A stretch of 62,899 nucleotides of DNA, filler included, from Octopus bimaculoides (Eukaryota): assembly GCF_001194135.2 (NCBI RefSeq). It is 9 parts of 8 records of this genome, joined end to end, with 100 filler letters (N's around TTAATTAATTAA, not from the genome) between each part and the next. Parts side by side here need not be neighbours in the genome. Positions count along the whole stretch, not along the records: positions 11,518 to 39,607 come from NC_068982.1; 8 more parts are not named here. One strand, given 5' to 3'. A program made the position numbers and the translations under genes. The notes beneath the pieces were generated by a model. That model searched no databases. It was not told the DNA's origin and worked only from the letters and a program-made list of their open reading frames with translations. Below are positions 11,690 through 26,100 of the stretch, in pieces (positions within the stretch are counted from its first letter, which is position 1; every line of letters begins with the position of its first letter).

Positions 11690-13440
11690 TTGCATTTAAT
11701 ACGTTCGTGAATATTCAAACATGGAAAGACCTTCTCTGTGCCGATTGTCTGGAAGAAAAAATTCCTTATAAACAATGAGTAAGAAGACGTATTGTACTGG
11801 CTTACGAATAGCGACATCGGATTGTAAGAGGCGTATTTGTGTGTTATGCTGTTTACGTATAAGAACGGTAGTTCTTAGTTCGCTATAGACGACATATTCG
11901 TTCTCAGTAGTAGATGAAAAACAACGACAGAGGAATACATGACTCACAGTCTGATAGTCCAATCAGGATCTGCATCTGTCACAAGCCTGACGTACTGTCA
12001 GAGAAACTACCTGTAGAAAGACGTATTGCATCAACAGTGACTACAATTGTTCACCGTCTCGTATTTCAGGATTCTTTGCAGATGGGTCAGATTCACTGCT
12101 TACTCTACTGTAGGCGATAGCAACGGGTGGATCCTTTGACAAACCGAACACCTCCCTTCCAAGAAACGAACGATTTTGTTCCAGTCTTGATAAGTATATT
12201 GTGGTATAAAGCATGATAGTTAGGTGTAATATACAACCGAAACGATATAGACGAAAGCAACTTACAACCGTCCTTTCAGCGACATCTTCCTTCAATTTGT
12301 TTATGATTGCCACTAACTACTCTGCTCACTACCGTTTCCTAGTTATTAGCTTCCTGGTCAGACCCCAACCGCCTTAAAGAGATCCTTGGCCCATTAACAG
12401 AAGTCGTCATCTCACAGACTTTTTCTCCAAATTCTGAACTGTAAGTCCCGGTTAATGCATGCTTCTGGTACTCCTCCAAAATAGTACACACTACCTCCAT
12501 TTCCGATATATCTGACATGATGCCGGTTACATTGTTCACGTATGCAGATATGGCTGTCTTGTATCTCAGTTTATTTTGTATACTATTCAGTGTCTCCAAT
12601 TTCTGCTGTAAGGCTTCCAGTGCTAAAACATAGAGAATTGACGGGAGGGAGAATCCTTTATGGAACAAGCACGTGATGCGAAATGGTATGATAGGTGGCA
12701 GATTACATTGTAATAATCCAACATCTGCATATAAGACCGGAACCGGCTACAATCAGAGAAATTGACCAGAGTTCCACCGGAACTAGACCTAGTGCCAATT
12801 TGCTCTACGTTGTATCGCATGAAGTGTAAGTTGTAGTAGATGGATTTGTCCAGGTTCTCGCAAGCTTATTGCATCTCCAACTTGATAACCATATCGTCGA
12901 CAAATACCAATATTTTGATAAGTGCCTTTGCTTAATATGGGTCTGAAGTTATATATTATTTTCCTCTTCTTTGGGTCCTCGTTCATCAGCATCACTACTC
13001 CTCAGCTCACATAACTTACAATTAGCTGTTGTCAGTTGTAGTAGACAGCTACCAAGACAGTAGGGAACAAATTTGGCATGTAACAATAAAGTCTGTAAGG
13101 CAGACAATGCAGTCTCGGCGATTTGTTCATCGTAGAGCTGCACAAACATGTCCGTTATTTTTCATCGACGGAAAATGATTTCTCGCAACTCTGCATCTCC
13201 GATCAAAAGTCACAGCAAACTGTCTAGATAAGTACCTAATTCAACAGACTCTGTCCCATCGTTTCTCTCGAACGGGTTTCTGAAAACCTGAAAAACTCTA
13301 TTTGGAATCGGACTACCCGCGCCTGCTGCCGTCTACCAAAGATTGAAGTGTGACTTCGTTGCATGCAACAATGCACCTCGACTTACCGCGCCTGTCAGTC
13401 TCTTTTGTTTCAGAGCACACGCCCTAGCCTGATCAATACA
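11690..13440 (-). mobile_element. Decayed L1/Tx1-clade LINE ORF2 (RT and C-terminus)
   Basis: Frameshifted pieces NFRPI and KGFSLPSILYVLALEALQQKL...AYVNNVT correspond to NFRPI, QG.PLSP.LYVLALEPL and AYADDVT of Tx1/L1 reverse transcriptases. Confidence 0.8.
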
Positions 13441-13568
13441 TCGATGAAATAATGAATCATAAAAGTTAAGATGTCGATTTAATCAGTTAACCGCTCCTCC
13501 CAAGATTCTAGGCCCTATATCCATGTAAGTAACAATTATTACTATCATCATCATCATCATCATCATCA

Positions 13569-13615
<47 letters not shown>

Positions 13616-14172
13616 GAGTGAGAGAGTTGCTCATGCCATCGAAGTGAGACTGGAGTACAAATATACGAAGCCCAGTATACCCATCATGACTACCTGTCTG
13701 ATAAGGGTACACCAGGCACATGCATCATAACCATATGTGTACGCGATATGGTGATCTCATATCAAGATAAACAGCGCATAATCTTGCAGGTGGGGCCCAG
13801 TCAGAATTTTCTTCAGGTCGAGTAGCCCATCCCGCTCAAAAGGTTCTTGAATAAGGGTTGTTTAAGGATGTTGAACAAAACACCTATGTTTCCAGGAGTG
13901 ACTTACTCAAACTCCAAAGAATTCCTCTCAACACATGGCAATGATGCTCCCCCACTACTTCTGCTCATGATCAGAGATGCACATATCGTCAGCCACCAAG
14001 GGACATGCTCAACTGGTTAAGGTCAAACAACTGGCAAGCAAATCTGTAGTATTGAGCAGAATATTTGCTGTAGCCCACCTTTTATACCAAGACAAAACAT
14101 GTGCATGATAACATTTCCAATCAGTTAAGATCAGAAGCCATAAGAGCCAGCGCCTGGTATTGCATCAGGGCA
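13616..14172 (-). mobile_element. ~555-bp non-coding interspersed element embedded in (AAT)n
   Basis: Sharp boundaries against (ATT)n on both sides. Its terminus GCCTGGTATTGCATCAGGGCA recurs inverted at 58855-58876. Confidence 0.7.
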
Positions 14173-14306
<134 letters not shown>

Positions 14307-16249
14307 CGATACTGCTTATTTGTTTGGAGAAGACAATTCTTTTTAATCTAGTAGTTCTTTAAAACGAAAAAACATCATATATATGTAGATATATGTATAT
14401 GCATACACACACATGCATACATACGTACATGCATACGTACATGCATACATAATATATACATACATAATTACACACATGTATGTAGTGATAAAAAAAATCT
14501 ATTATAACACATAGCAAGTTTGTAACTCATAAGAGACCATAAACAAACTTGGCATTTAAAACTTTAAGAGCTTCTTAAAATACTTATTGAACCTGCTATT
14601 TATAATTGACTAATGAAACGCTCGAGACTTACCAACTCACAATATGATTGTAAAGGTCATGATGCTGAATACACTTTTCCCTTGTGAAACTCCTTTTATC
14701 CCAGAACATGAATCAGAAAAAGGGTCAATTATAGACGAGATCAAAATGCTACACACGATTTCTAATTGCATGCAACGAGCTCCTGAATGAAATGCATATG
14801 CGAGCAGTTTACTATAAATGCTGTAAGCACATAAGAAGTTAAGTGGATGGTCCGACGTCTAGACATGTTAGTTTATTCATATGACAGTTTGATTGGCTGA
14901 ATAATGCATGATCAATAGAGCGCAAGAGAGAAATTCATTGGAGCAGCAGTTTGAGAGAGATAGTGTTAAAACGTAAGACAGCGAGTTCACCGGCGGAATA
15001 AAACCTAATGTACAATCTTCTCGTGCGAGATATCGCCAATATTTTAATTCAGTGTCGTATAGCAGATTCAATAAACACAACCATAAATATTACAAATGCA
15101 TGACAACAGCAGTGATTTTATTTGAAGTGGGCTAAGTGTGTATTTAGAGAGGAGTTGAAATAACATCTTTATTTTGATAGAAAATATCAGTTAGTATGAA
15201 GAATAGTTGTGATATATAAGAATCATTTTACCAAGAACTATACTTTATGAAATGTGCTGGATTTTCATTTTCATTGATCTATATAAGGACTTTATTTCAA
15301 GGTAGACGCAGCAATTCAGAAGCTATTAGCTGAAGTTTCTATAATGAAGGTGCTCACTTTTAAGTTTATCTCCTTAGATTTCCTATAGAATTCAGAGTCA
15401 GCACTGCAAGTCACGTTTCGTAAACGAATACGTCTATGTAAGCAATACGATCGAAGATAGAAAAAAATATTTAATGGGTGTATATGCATATTTCAAGAGT
15501 TAGTGCTCTTTCATCGTTACCACATCCAAATCATCAATCATCCACGTTCACATTGCTTAAATACTCACTCACTACGTTTAGCGGCGGAACACATAGACCA
15601 TTTTACATATTAAACATTTTCCTAGCAACTGGTACATACATCTTAATTGCTGACAAGAACACAGTATTTCGTTTTGTAGCCACAATGCACTACCAAGTGT
15701 ATTAAAGGTTTACAAGTCAATATTGTGTGCTACCTTGTATTAGTAGTGCGTTGTATTCACTTTTAAGTTTATCATTATGGATTTGCCCGGAATGTGTTTA
15801 ATATGTAGATTGGTCTACCCAATTGTGTTACACCGCTAAACTTGGTGGGTATTTAAACAATGTGATCGTGAATATTTAATGGGTTGGATGTGGTGCTGAT
15901 GAAAGTGCAATCACTCTTGAAAGATACATATACACCCATTTTTATATTTACATAGATATAATCGTTTACTTTGTAATTTGCAGTTCTGGTTCTGAATTCT
16001 ACAGAAAATCTGTAAAAATAATCTTGAAAGTGAAAGCATCACAATATTGCTAATACAATATTGGATTGTAAAACGAAATACTGTATCTTACCAGCAATTA
16101 AAATGAAGGTGTTGTTTGAACAAAGTAACTAAACATTTAGAGAATGGCCGTGTAAACTCTACATTAATTCTCTCTAAATATAACTTTCTTCTCTTTAAAT
16201 AATTATCACTACTATTCTATCATCAAAGCATTCCACAATATTTAAAAAG

Positions 16250-17100
16250 GTGAAAATTTGAGAATCGTCTAATTCGGTTACTGTTATTTTTACCGTGGTC
16301 TTGCCACAATCTTATACTGCCTTTCTAACTCTACAGTTTAACTGCAGTCTATAATTTTACTATCTTGCCATTCACAGTACAATCAGATTTTAGCATTAAA
16401 GTCTAAATACAGTCTATATCAGGAGCTGACTTACCATACTTTACCATAATTTCCAACATTACAGTCGCAAACATCTATATTACTACTATCTTACTTCAGT
16501 ATCTAACATTGCAGAATTACTGTAGTTTAAGCATAGATTCTAGGACTACATTTTTATCACAAGCTCTGTAACTTCTACCTTCCTTTCCTCAGTTTTTAAC
16601 CCCCAGTTTCTAATACTGAATGTAGTCTTGGCGAAATCTCACTGCAAACTAATATTAGTCTCACATTACTTTCACTCCAGTCTTAACACAACACAAGCAG
16701 TACAATGTTATCTAAATCTCTCCACAATTTTACTCTTCTTATCATTGTATTACTACAGTCATACTTCAGTTTTAGTTCAGTCTTATCGTAATCTTTAACG
16801 CTGCTGGTTTACCTCAAACTTACCAGTTGTTACTTCAGTCTTATCATAGTCCTACTATAGACTTATTACAAATGTACATCGAATTTTCCGAGTTATCTCA
16901 GTGTTGCCGCCAATCTTACCGCATTTCCTATCATTAAATTTTAACCATAATTTTTTGCCAATCTTATCTCCGTATTACTTCAATCTTACCACTGTTTTTT
17001 TAGTCTCTACTACCGAAGTCTTTATCCCAACAATTATTAATATTATTTCATACGAAGAAAGACATTACAAATATCAAATAATATAATTTTTAGCCATTTA
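16250..17100. repeat. Highly degenerate short-period tandem array
   Basis: Recurrent CAGTCTTA / TTACTAC / ACAGT words, G-poor on the + strand. Confidence 0.6.
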
Positions 17101-17621
17101 TTACACTAATTTTGTACAGTCAAACGAAACTATGCTCAATAAATAACCCACGTCATCAGAAATGAGATGCAAGATTGTCTGCTGCGACAGAATTTGAAAC
17201 CATAAGTATGAAGCTAAATACACTACAAGCGATTTCGTCAGCCGAGCTGTTCTAACGTATTCCATTTACGTCAAATAAGTTGAGACAGATAACGAAAGGA
17301 ATGTAGCCAATGCAAAATCATATTTTTATATTCGTTTATAAACTGAGAAAAGTTATAGAGAGAAGAGTATATTTAACAAAAATAAATAAATTTAATTAGG
17401 AAAACATCCTGTCACTCCCTTTAGTTTGCACAAAGATTATAAAAGCAAACATTAGCAAAATTTGTGAAGAAAGAAGAGTCCTAATTAGAAATATTTAACA
17501 AAATAAATATTTTTTAAAACAAATGCATAATGAATAAAACACTGAGCAAGAGTAATTCTGAAACATAATGGGAAAATATTCTCTGATTGAGACAACAACA
17601 ACAACAACAAAAACATTATTA

Positions 17622-17706
<85 letters not shown>

Positions 17707-18501
17707 TATTATTATTAACAACAACAGCAACAACAACAACAATAATAATAATAATGGGTATTCAAACTGAATACTCATATATATATATATATATATATAC
17801 ATATATGGATATATACATATATATGTAAATATATGTGTAAATATGTATATGTGTATATACCTAAAATGCATACATACATACGTACATGCATACATACATA
17901 CATACATACATACATACATACATACATACATACATACATACATACATACATACATAAAATAATACAAACGTAAATACTATTTTCTTGAATATTCTTTCAG
18001 TGTCAGTCTCGCTAACCCTGACTCAACAGAGTGTAAACTGTTGGTTGTACACAAACAGAAAACTGGAATCAAGTTTCCTTCAATTCTAACAGAAGTCTCA
18101 CATATGCATATTAATCAAAAATGTAACGGAGATTAGAAAACGTTCGCATAGTGGAATATATACCACCACTCTCTAATCAAAATTTCTGGGCGAGATTTTT
18201 CCTAAATATTACTGCCATTGTATGTTATCTATAGTAAGACTGGTGATTTCTATCTTCTGTTAGTGAAATATTATATTTGATTCCTATGCGGTGGTTATAT
18301 GAAACAAAATTCTTTCTCTATAAATAGTTTCAGTTGATAGGAAGTAGAAGTAATTATGTTATATTTCCTTTGTCCTACAGAATTTGTTGAAATGTCTTTA
18401 AAAAAAATAAAAATTAGTTTTAGAATCTCAACATGATTATATGTTATTTTTCTACATATGTGTGTGTCAATGTATGTATATACCTATATATACATTCTTA
18501 C

Positions 18502-18725
18502 ATACAGACAGGCATACGCTCTACATAACTGTGTTTAAATCCATGCCTTGGTGCAAATGCCAAACAGTACAGCATGTCGTTTCCAAATTTCTGGCAGAGT
18601 GAATTCCGCCATGGTGCTGTTCTTCTCACAGACGGTGCCCAACTGACCTTACTATACTGTGTAGTCGACAAAACCAAAAAACAAACAATGCGCATGCGCA
18701 AAGTTAAAAATACAAAATGGCGAGA
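18502..18725 (-). promoter_or_regulatory. Candidate promoter/first exon with NRF1- and YY1-type motifs
   Basis: TGCGCATGCGCA at 18689-18700 and CAAAATGGCG at 18713-18722. Minus-strand gcaccATGG at 18612, donor GTAAGA after 18502. GC is locally raised relative to the AT-rich flanks. Confidence 0.5.
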
Positions 18726-18744
18726 ATTTGCCCATCGCACCCTC

Positions 18745-18841
<97 letters not shown>

Positions 18842-21800
18842 CTTTGGTAGCTATATATAGGAAACCAGAAGAAGAAGAAGAATATATAAAATGAAGGACA
18901 TACATCCTTATCTAAGGCAGGATGAATGCACTAAATGTAAGTGTATGAAAGCTAAAAAGTTGAAAATATAAGATTTGAAAAATTGTATTATTATAAAGTA
19001 TAAGAAGATCAGGAGTGTCTATTAAAGTACAGTGGATTAAAATTGAAAATGGATACACAAAGAATGATTGCTGCTGGTAAACAGTTAAGTATTGATCCAT
19101 TCTTCTATATAGAAATGAGCTTAGAAAGATAAAGGATTGAAAATATCAAAGAGCGTATTGTTATAAAATATTGAGATAGCATGATTGTTCTTGTTAAATT
19201 GTTAAGTATTGATTCGTTCTTATGTATGGAAATATAAAAGATTGAAAATATCAAAGAGTGTATTGTCATAAAGTATAGTGAGATCAGGAGTGTCTATTAG
19301 CCGGTTCAGAATGAAATAGAGAAAGTGCGTGATTGTTAACTATTGATCCACTCAATCAAGTGGTAGTATGATTTTTCCAGTGTATCACAAGGCATTTGGC
19401 AAAGTAACGACATTCAGTGAAGATCTCTGATCTAACAGTTAGTTTGCAGATTAATTAAAGTTCATGCGTTGTTTATTACAGTTTATGTGTTTCGCCTTTC
19501 CGCTTATCATACAACAGAAGTTATAGTAAGAAGCAAACAAATTATTTAGTCAAATTTTGAATAATATTTAAACATAAGGCGTGGTAGAAAAAAATAACAA
19601 GCGACATATAGATATTTTTCAAATATCTAGAAATAATTTTCTGGACAGCGTTCATTGATGACCTCAAAATAAACTGGTCAGATATTTCAAAGTGGAATGG
19701 CTATTGACTGAAAATTTTAAAATTAACTAGCCACTTATTGAAACTGCATTTTTGTATGCAAGTTACTTCAAGAATGTTTTTATCTTTGTCTGAGAATTTT
19801 AACTTCGTAATTCAGATTTTTTACCAAGTTGAATAGAAAATGTGGACCAGACATGACTTTTCATCATCAGAATAAATTACTTTTATAATTTATTTTTCTT
19901 ATACCATTATTGTTATTTAATATTAAACAATACATGTTGTCCAAAAATAATTTTCAGTTATTTTCCAAATACTGTTATATTTGCCCTATCCAATCGCAAA
20001 CTTGCTTCATGATTAACTATTTTTAATTGCTAATATATTACAGTTGTCAGTTACTGTAAAACGTGTTTAATAAATGAAACTACACAATTTTAAGTAATAA
20101 CGCATGGAATCCTCACTTTCGGATTTAAAATATATAAACTCTTCTTCATCTATTGAGTATCTTTTTTTTTCTTTCGTTTGTAAAGGCAAAGTATATCTTT
20201 ATGTGTCAAAGTTTACAGATGCTTGTTTATATGTTTTTGTGAGTTTATCTTTGCTTTCCTGTGTTGCTCTGTATGTTTGTATACCTACATCAGTGCATAT
20301 ATGTGTGCATATATGTGTGCGCGCGCGAATATGTGTATTTAAGTCTGTTCAGCTCCAAACGACAAAATAGCTATTCTCATCATAATTAGTCTCCATCACA
20401 TCAATAAAATCACATTGTTTGACATATCTGTCGATCCACTATTTAAGATACAAAACAAGTGAAATGAAATAATTACATAGATTGCTTTACAACATGATTC
20501 AGTAACGTATTCTTCTTTTGCATGTAGCATTAGATATCAGGATATCGTTTGTTTTGTTTTATTTTTGTTTTTTGTTTTCTTGTTCGAAAGTTTTATCAAA
20601 GTTTCGTTCGGTATACGCTCATCATTTGATATCATCACAATTTTGAAAAATATTATCATACTAAAATCATTTTTAACCACTTTAATGGCATACAGCGCAT
20701 CGATCCGGCTACGCTCTCTATATTCTTTGGTTTCTTTCATCAGTATTTCAGCATGCTAGTTTAGAATAGGCTACAAGCTTCTAACTGAATCTCCTCCGTT
20801 TCTTTGAGGAAAAGGAAACTGTCAGTGATTTTCCAAAAGCCTTGTGAGACGCTTTTGGAGAGTTACTTGGAGAGGGACACACAGAGAGTGAGAGAGAAAG
20901 AAAGAGAGAGAGAAAGAGAGAGAGAGAAAGAGAGAGAGAGAAAGAGAGAGAGAGAAAGAGAGAGAGAGAAAGAGAGAGANNNNNNNNNNNNNNNNNNNNN
21001 NNNNNNNNNNNNNNNNNNNNNNNNNNNNNNNNNNNNNNNNNNNNNNNNNNNNNNNNNNNNNNNNNNNNNNNNNNNNNNNNNNNNNNNNNNNNNNNNNNNN
21101 NNNNNNNNNNNNNNNNNNNNNNNNNNNNNNNNNNNNNNNNNNNNNNNNNNNNNNNNNNNNNNNNNNNNNNNNNNNNNNNNNNNNNNNNNNNNNNNNNNNN
21201 NNNNNNNNNNNNNNNNNNNNNNNNNNNNNNNNNNNNNNNNNNNNNNNNNNNNNNNNNNNNNNNNNNNNNNNNNNNNNNNNNNNNNNNNNNNNNNNNNNNN
21301 NNNNNNNNNNNNNNNNNNNNNNNNNNNNNNNNNNNNNNNNNNNNNNNNNNNNNNNNNNNNNNNNNNNNNNNNGTGTGTGTGTGTGTGTGTGTGTGTGTGC
21401 ACTGTTATTACGTTTATGGATTTGTGCTGCAAGATTCCTGATGTGAAATCGTGTGTTGAAACGGATATTGTTGTATTTCGGGATGGTCGGTTTTTTTTTT
21501 TGCCAAATAAACACACGCACTATATATTTGTTCTTCATTCGTTTATTACTGTTCTTATTCTAACTCATGTCCATTGTCCAGAAATCTTTTATCACACATT
21601 TGTGACCTCTTCAGCGACACTTTCCGTCACCGAATGTGCTCTTGCATAACTTATTTCATCCTGTTCTTGTGTATATTGTGTATCCTTATATGCTCATGCG
21701 TTTGCGTCCGTGTTTTTGTGTGTGTGCGTACATGTGGGAGTGTGTGTGGGTGTATGTGTGTCTCTCATTGTTCTTAGTAGCACTATGACCTGCCCCTCAG

Positions 21801-22149
21801 CCCCATCCCCTCCCTCGTTGTCACTGATGCTTTCCTTCTGTCCTAGGACCCGAAATTTGGTACAGTTCCTGTATTTCTCTGTTTGTGTGTGTGCTCGCCC
21901 ATACTACTGCTATCGTGGTAATTGTTGTTGCTGTGGTTGTTAGTCGTGTTGTTGATACTATTGCGGCCGTCTATGAAGTTACTGTATGTGTATTTGTGTT
22001 TGTATATGTTGTTCGTATCCATGTCCTTTATATAGATTTTTGTTTATTTCTTTTTTAACTATTTCTATTTCTTATATTTATCACAAGTATGTGCATATCG
22101 TGTGTGTATTACCCTGTTTCTATCTGTGCTTTATTTTTTCCTCTCTCTT

Positions 22150-22990
22150 GTCCTCCCTTCTGTCTTTAGTCGTCATTTTATGTGATATGGTTGTGGGTGT
22201 TACTGTTCCATTCGTGTTTTCTGTTGAGGCTCGGTCTATCTATTGCTATGTGTTTAGCTTCTGTGATCTGTCTAATTGTCGTGTCAATTCTATGTGTCGA
22301 TAATACCTTAACCTCTATGTTGTTAATCGAGCGTCTATGTTCTGCTTGAGCATGTTGGTAGAGCACTGACGAGCCTATCTCTTCTTTGAGCTCTCGCCAA
22401 TGTTTACCTATACGTTCCCCTATGTTACGTGCAGTCTCTGCAATGTAAGTAGCTGTCATGTTTCTGAACCATCTCTCAGTACATAGTAAGCTATACACCA
22501 TTTTCCTAACCTTACAGTTAACCCGTGAGTTCATCCTACATACAATACAATTGTTCTCTAAATGGATACGTTCTACAGATCAGGCATTTTATATGGGCTC
22601 CAAGCCTTTCTACTACTTTAATCCGTAGATTAGCTTTACTTAATGCTTTTTCTAAAAAGGTATGCTAGTCTGCCGCCAGGGGAAGCATCAACGAACATGA
22701 AACTCTGGTATTTTTTGTTGTCATAGAATGAGTTGGCCTTATCTATCTTATTTCTGGTCCTTTCTGTGCTGTTCCAGGATTTACTCATGTATAGCGGGCA
22801 GATCCCCTTAGCACCACTCTCTATGAAGGCTTTGTACTTAGTCCTGGCTCCTTTGTACACTCTAATCCTGTCCCTTTCATTGTAGCCAAAGAACTGCATG
22901 CGGTAGATAAAGTGTTGTATGTGTCTTTCCAATTCCATAGGGTTGCACATGCGAGACACATCCCTCATCACTTTCACCAAGTCAGTTATA
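22150..22990 (-). mobile_element. Penelope-like element: RT C-terminus, linker and GIY-YIG endonuclease
   Basis: MVYSLLC...TYIAETARNIGERIGKH...LYQH...RQITEAKHI...LNRKHEW is a GIY-YIG pattern. It is preceded by RMQFFGYN...FMFVDASPGGRL, typical of a PLE linker. Confidence 0.85.
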
Positions 22991-23542
22991 AGGATGTTGA
23001 ACTTGGCGTTTTAGAAAAAAAATAGCACAGTGGAGTATATAGTTCAATGAGATGGTTTACCACTAGAATGTCTTTCACCATAAGTCTGCTTAATCACAGA
23101 CCTAGAGTCATAAGTTACGTATATCACAAGGCCTAAAAGTATGTCACATTATCTCTACAGTATATCAGGCTGGATAATACAATGTATCTCTATCATTCAT
23201 ACGATTATTTTATCACATCATACAATTTATTTCATTGGTTCTTAAAGTTTATGGCATTAATCCTCACAGAATTCAGAACAAGCACGTAGTACTAACAGAA
23301 TTACATACGTCTTAGCTGCAATGGCTGGACTAATTGACATACAAGTTTTTGTTGGGGGTATGATGAAAATAACTAATAAATATTTATGCTCGAGACAGCA
23401 TGTTTAGAAACTCGAAGATAAGTTTAATGTGGTTCAACTACAGTTTTTAAGCCGTTCGCTTCTCTATATAAAGAGAATAACAGAATGTGTTCACATTTGT
23501 TCCGCTAGGATAGACGTAAAACCTGTAGTGAATTTACGTGAA

Positions 23543-23633
<91 letters not shown>

Positions 23634-23665
23634 AGAGAGAGAGAGAGAGAGAAAGAGAGAGAAAA

Positions 23666-23700
<35 letters not shown>

Positions 23701-23872
23701 CATATACTTACATACATTTATATGCTTATATACATACAGATATGAAAATATACAAAGGTGCAGACAAATAGACAGTCAGGCAGAGACATAATGATTGATT
23801 CACATGTATATTATATGTGTATGCGTTTGTATGTATGCGAGTGTGTAGTTATATATAAAAATATGTATATAT

Positions 23873-23910
<38 letters not shown>

Positions 23911-23920
23911 NNNNNNNNNN

Positions 23921-23963
<43 letters not shown>

Positions 23964-23986
23964 TATGTATTTATATATAAAGGTCT

Positions 23987-24021
<35 letters not shown>

Positions 24022-24479
24022 CATACATACATACATACATACATACATACATACATAGGTATGTATGTATTTACGAATCTATGAGTGTGTATTTTTTTGC
24101 AGTAACGTATTTGGTTTTCGAAATAGGAAAATGAATTCTTGAAATATTGTCGAAAATTTACAATATAAAATTATAGACAAAATGAAAGTGAAACAAAATA
24201 AATGTTCAGACTGGCAATATGACAAAAGGTATAAGATGAAATGTACGAAAATTAATAAGTGGAAAATTCAACGAAATACTTCTATTGCTAATAATAAACA
24301 GTGTGAATATATTCGAGTTGAATAAGAACCAACATTGTTAAGATAAATTCCAGAAAGAATTGAAAACCAGCAGTAACATCATGTATATGAAATATCCAAG
24401 TATAATTCCAAAGCCTCAGTGTTTATATCTGTATGTATATAAGTATATATTTGTGTGTGTATGTATGTATATGTATATA

Positions 24480-24526
<47 letters not shown>

Positions 24527-24542
24527 GTGTATATATATACAT

Positions 24543-24587
<45 letters not shown>

Positions 24588-25379
24588 CGCGTAATGTCTC
24601 TGCCTGTCACAACGATACTAAAACTTACTAGATTTTTGTCAAAGCAAGATTCTGCAAAGACAAGTAGCGACTTCCTTTTTCACAGCTGCTGCTGTCATTT
24701 AATCTTAACAACAACAATAAATATAACAAAAGAAAAGCAAAAGAACAAAAAGTTGCATTTATGAGATGAAGCTTTTAAATCTTAATTGCGACCATTCTCT
24801 TTTTCTTCTTCTCTCTACCTAGCTAACCTGTCATACACTGTCAAATTCAATACAACTTTTCCTGTGTTTTTCTTTATTGTTATTTTAAACTTTATTCCTT
24901 CTTTTTCGCGGTGTCTTTTCTCTTGAAATGATCTACCTTGCCCACCTTAGTTGATAATCCGGAGAGGTACATTTAATCTCACTACACTGAGATTTCACTT
25001 CAGTCAAAATTCCATTTCCGATTCTAGAAAAATACTATTAAAAATTCTCCTGATTCACTGATTCAGAACTGAGCTCTCCAGTCTGCAGATGTCAGTCAAT
25101 GGATTACATCCATGAACTGAGATGAACTTCTAATTCAATTGATTATAGATTCAGTCTGTGTCAAAGAAACGAATTCGTTAAAAATTGAAGGAATGTGTCG
25201 AGATGAATTTCATACGTAGCAATTAAATAAAGTAGTTATTTCAGTAAAGTGGTAAATTCTTTAAATACTGGTCACAACACTTTATATAATTTTTGATTTC
25301 AGCCATTTTTCTACCTCGTTTATAACCAGTTCACCTTCTGAATATTGTTCTAAGCCAACAGATTTTTTTCGTATCATTA

Positions 25380-26100
25380 CTGAAATATTGATGTTCAAAA
25401 TATTTTATAAAACATTATCATTTATACAAACTATTTCTAAAATACTTATCCTATTTCCAAAATACTCATTCTATTTTGAAATAGAATTGTTCTAATTCTA
25501 GAATATTGGCCTTATTTCGAAATGGTTTTCCTACTTCTAGTCTTAAAATACTTCTAGTCTTAAAATACTTCTAGTCCTAAAATAATATTTTATTGATAAA
25601 AAGCTAATTCAATATCAAGACAATTTATCCTACTTATGAAACATTGTCCTATTTCTAAAATATTGTTTTATTTCTATACTACTGTCCTATACCCAAATCA
25701 TTATCTTAATTCTAAAATATTTGTCCAACGCCTGAAATAGTGTCCTTCATAAAGTATTGTTCTATACCTAGAATACTGTCCACTTTCTAAAATATTGTTC
25801 TACTCCCATAATAGTGATCTTCTTAAAATATTGTCCTATTCCTAAAACGTTCTCTTATTCCTAAAATATTGTCCTGAAAATAGTGATCGAATTCCAAAAT
25901 ATTCCTAAAATGCTCTATTCCCAAAATATCCTAATTCTAAAATATTATTCCACGCCTAAAACAGTGTCCTTCCTAAAATATTATCTTTTTTCAAAAATAT
26001 CGGCTTGCTTCTAAAACACTGTCCTAATTTTAAAATATTGTCTTATTTTAAAATATATCCTACTTCTAAAATAATTTTCCATTTCTAAACTATTTATTTT
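25380..26100. repeat. Degenerate ~17-22-bp minisatellite
   Basis: Many variants of TTCTAAAATATTGTCCTAT, including a near-perfect 17-bp triplet around 25530-25580. Confidence 0.8.

Noticed and set aside
14641-14821. Phase-2/phase-2 minus-strand exon candidate (IYSKLLAYAF...FTII)
   Set aside because: Splice signals are plausible but there is no homology or other support.
19485-19515. Minus-strand ATGATAAGCGGAAAGGCGAAAC resembling CUGAUGAGGCCGAAAGGCCGAAAC
   Set aside because: Three or more core and stem mismatches and no GUH/stem I.
24628-25050. Two short minus-strand exon candidates (IGNGILTEVKSQC..., SSCEKGSRYLSL...)
   Set aside because: Unrecognisable peptides and a weak donor on one of them.
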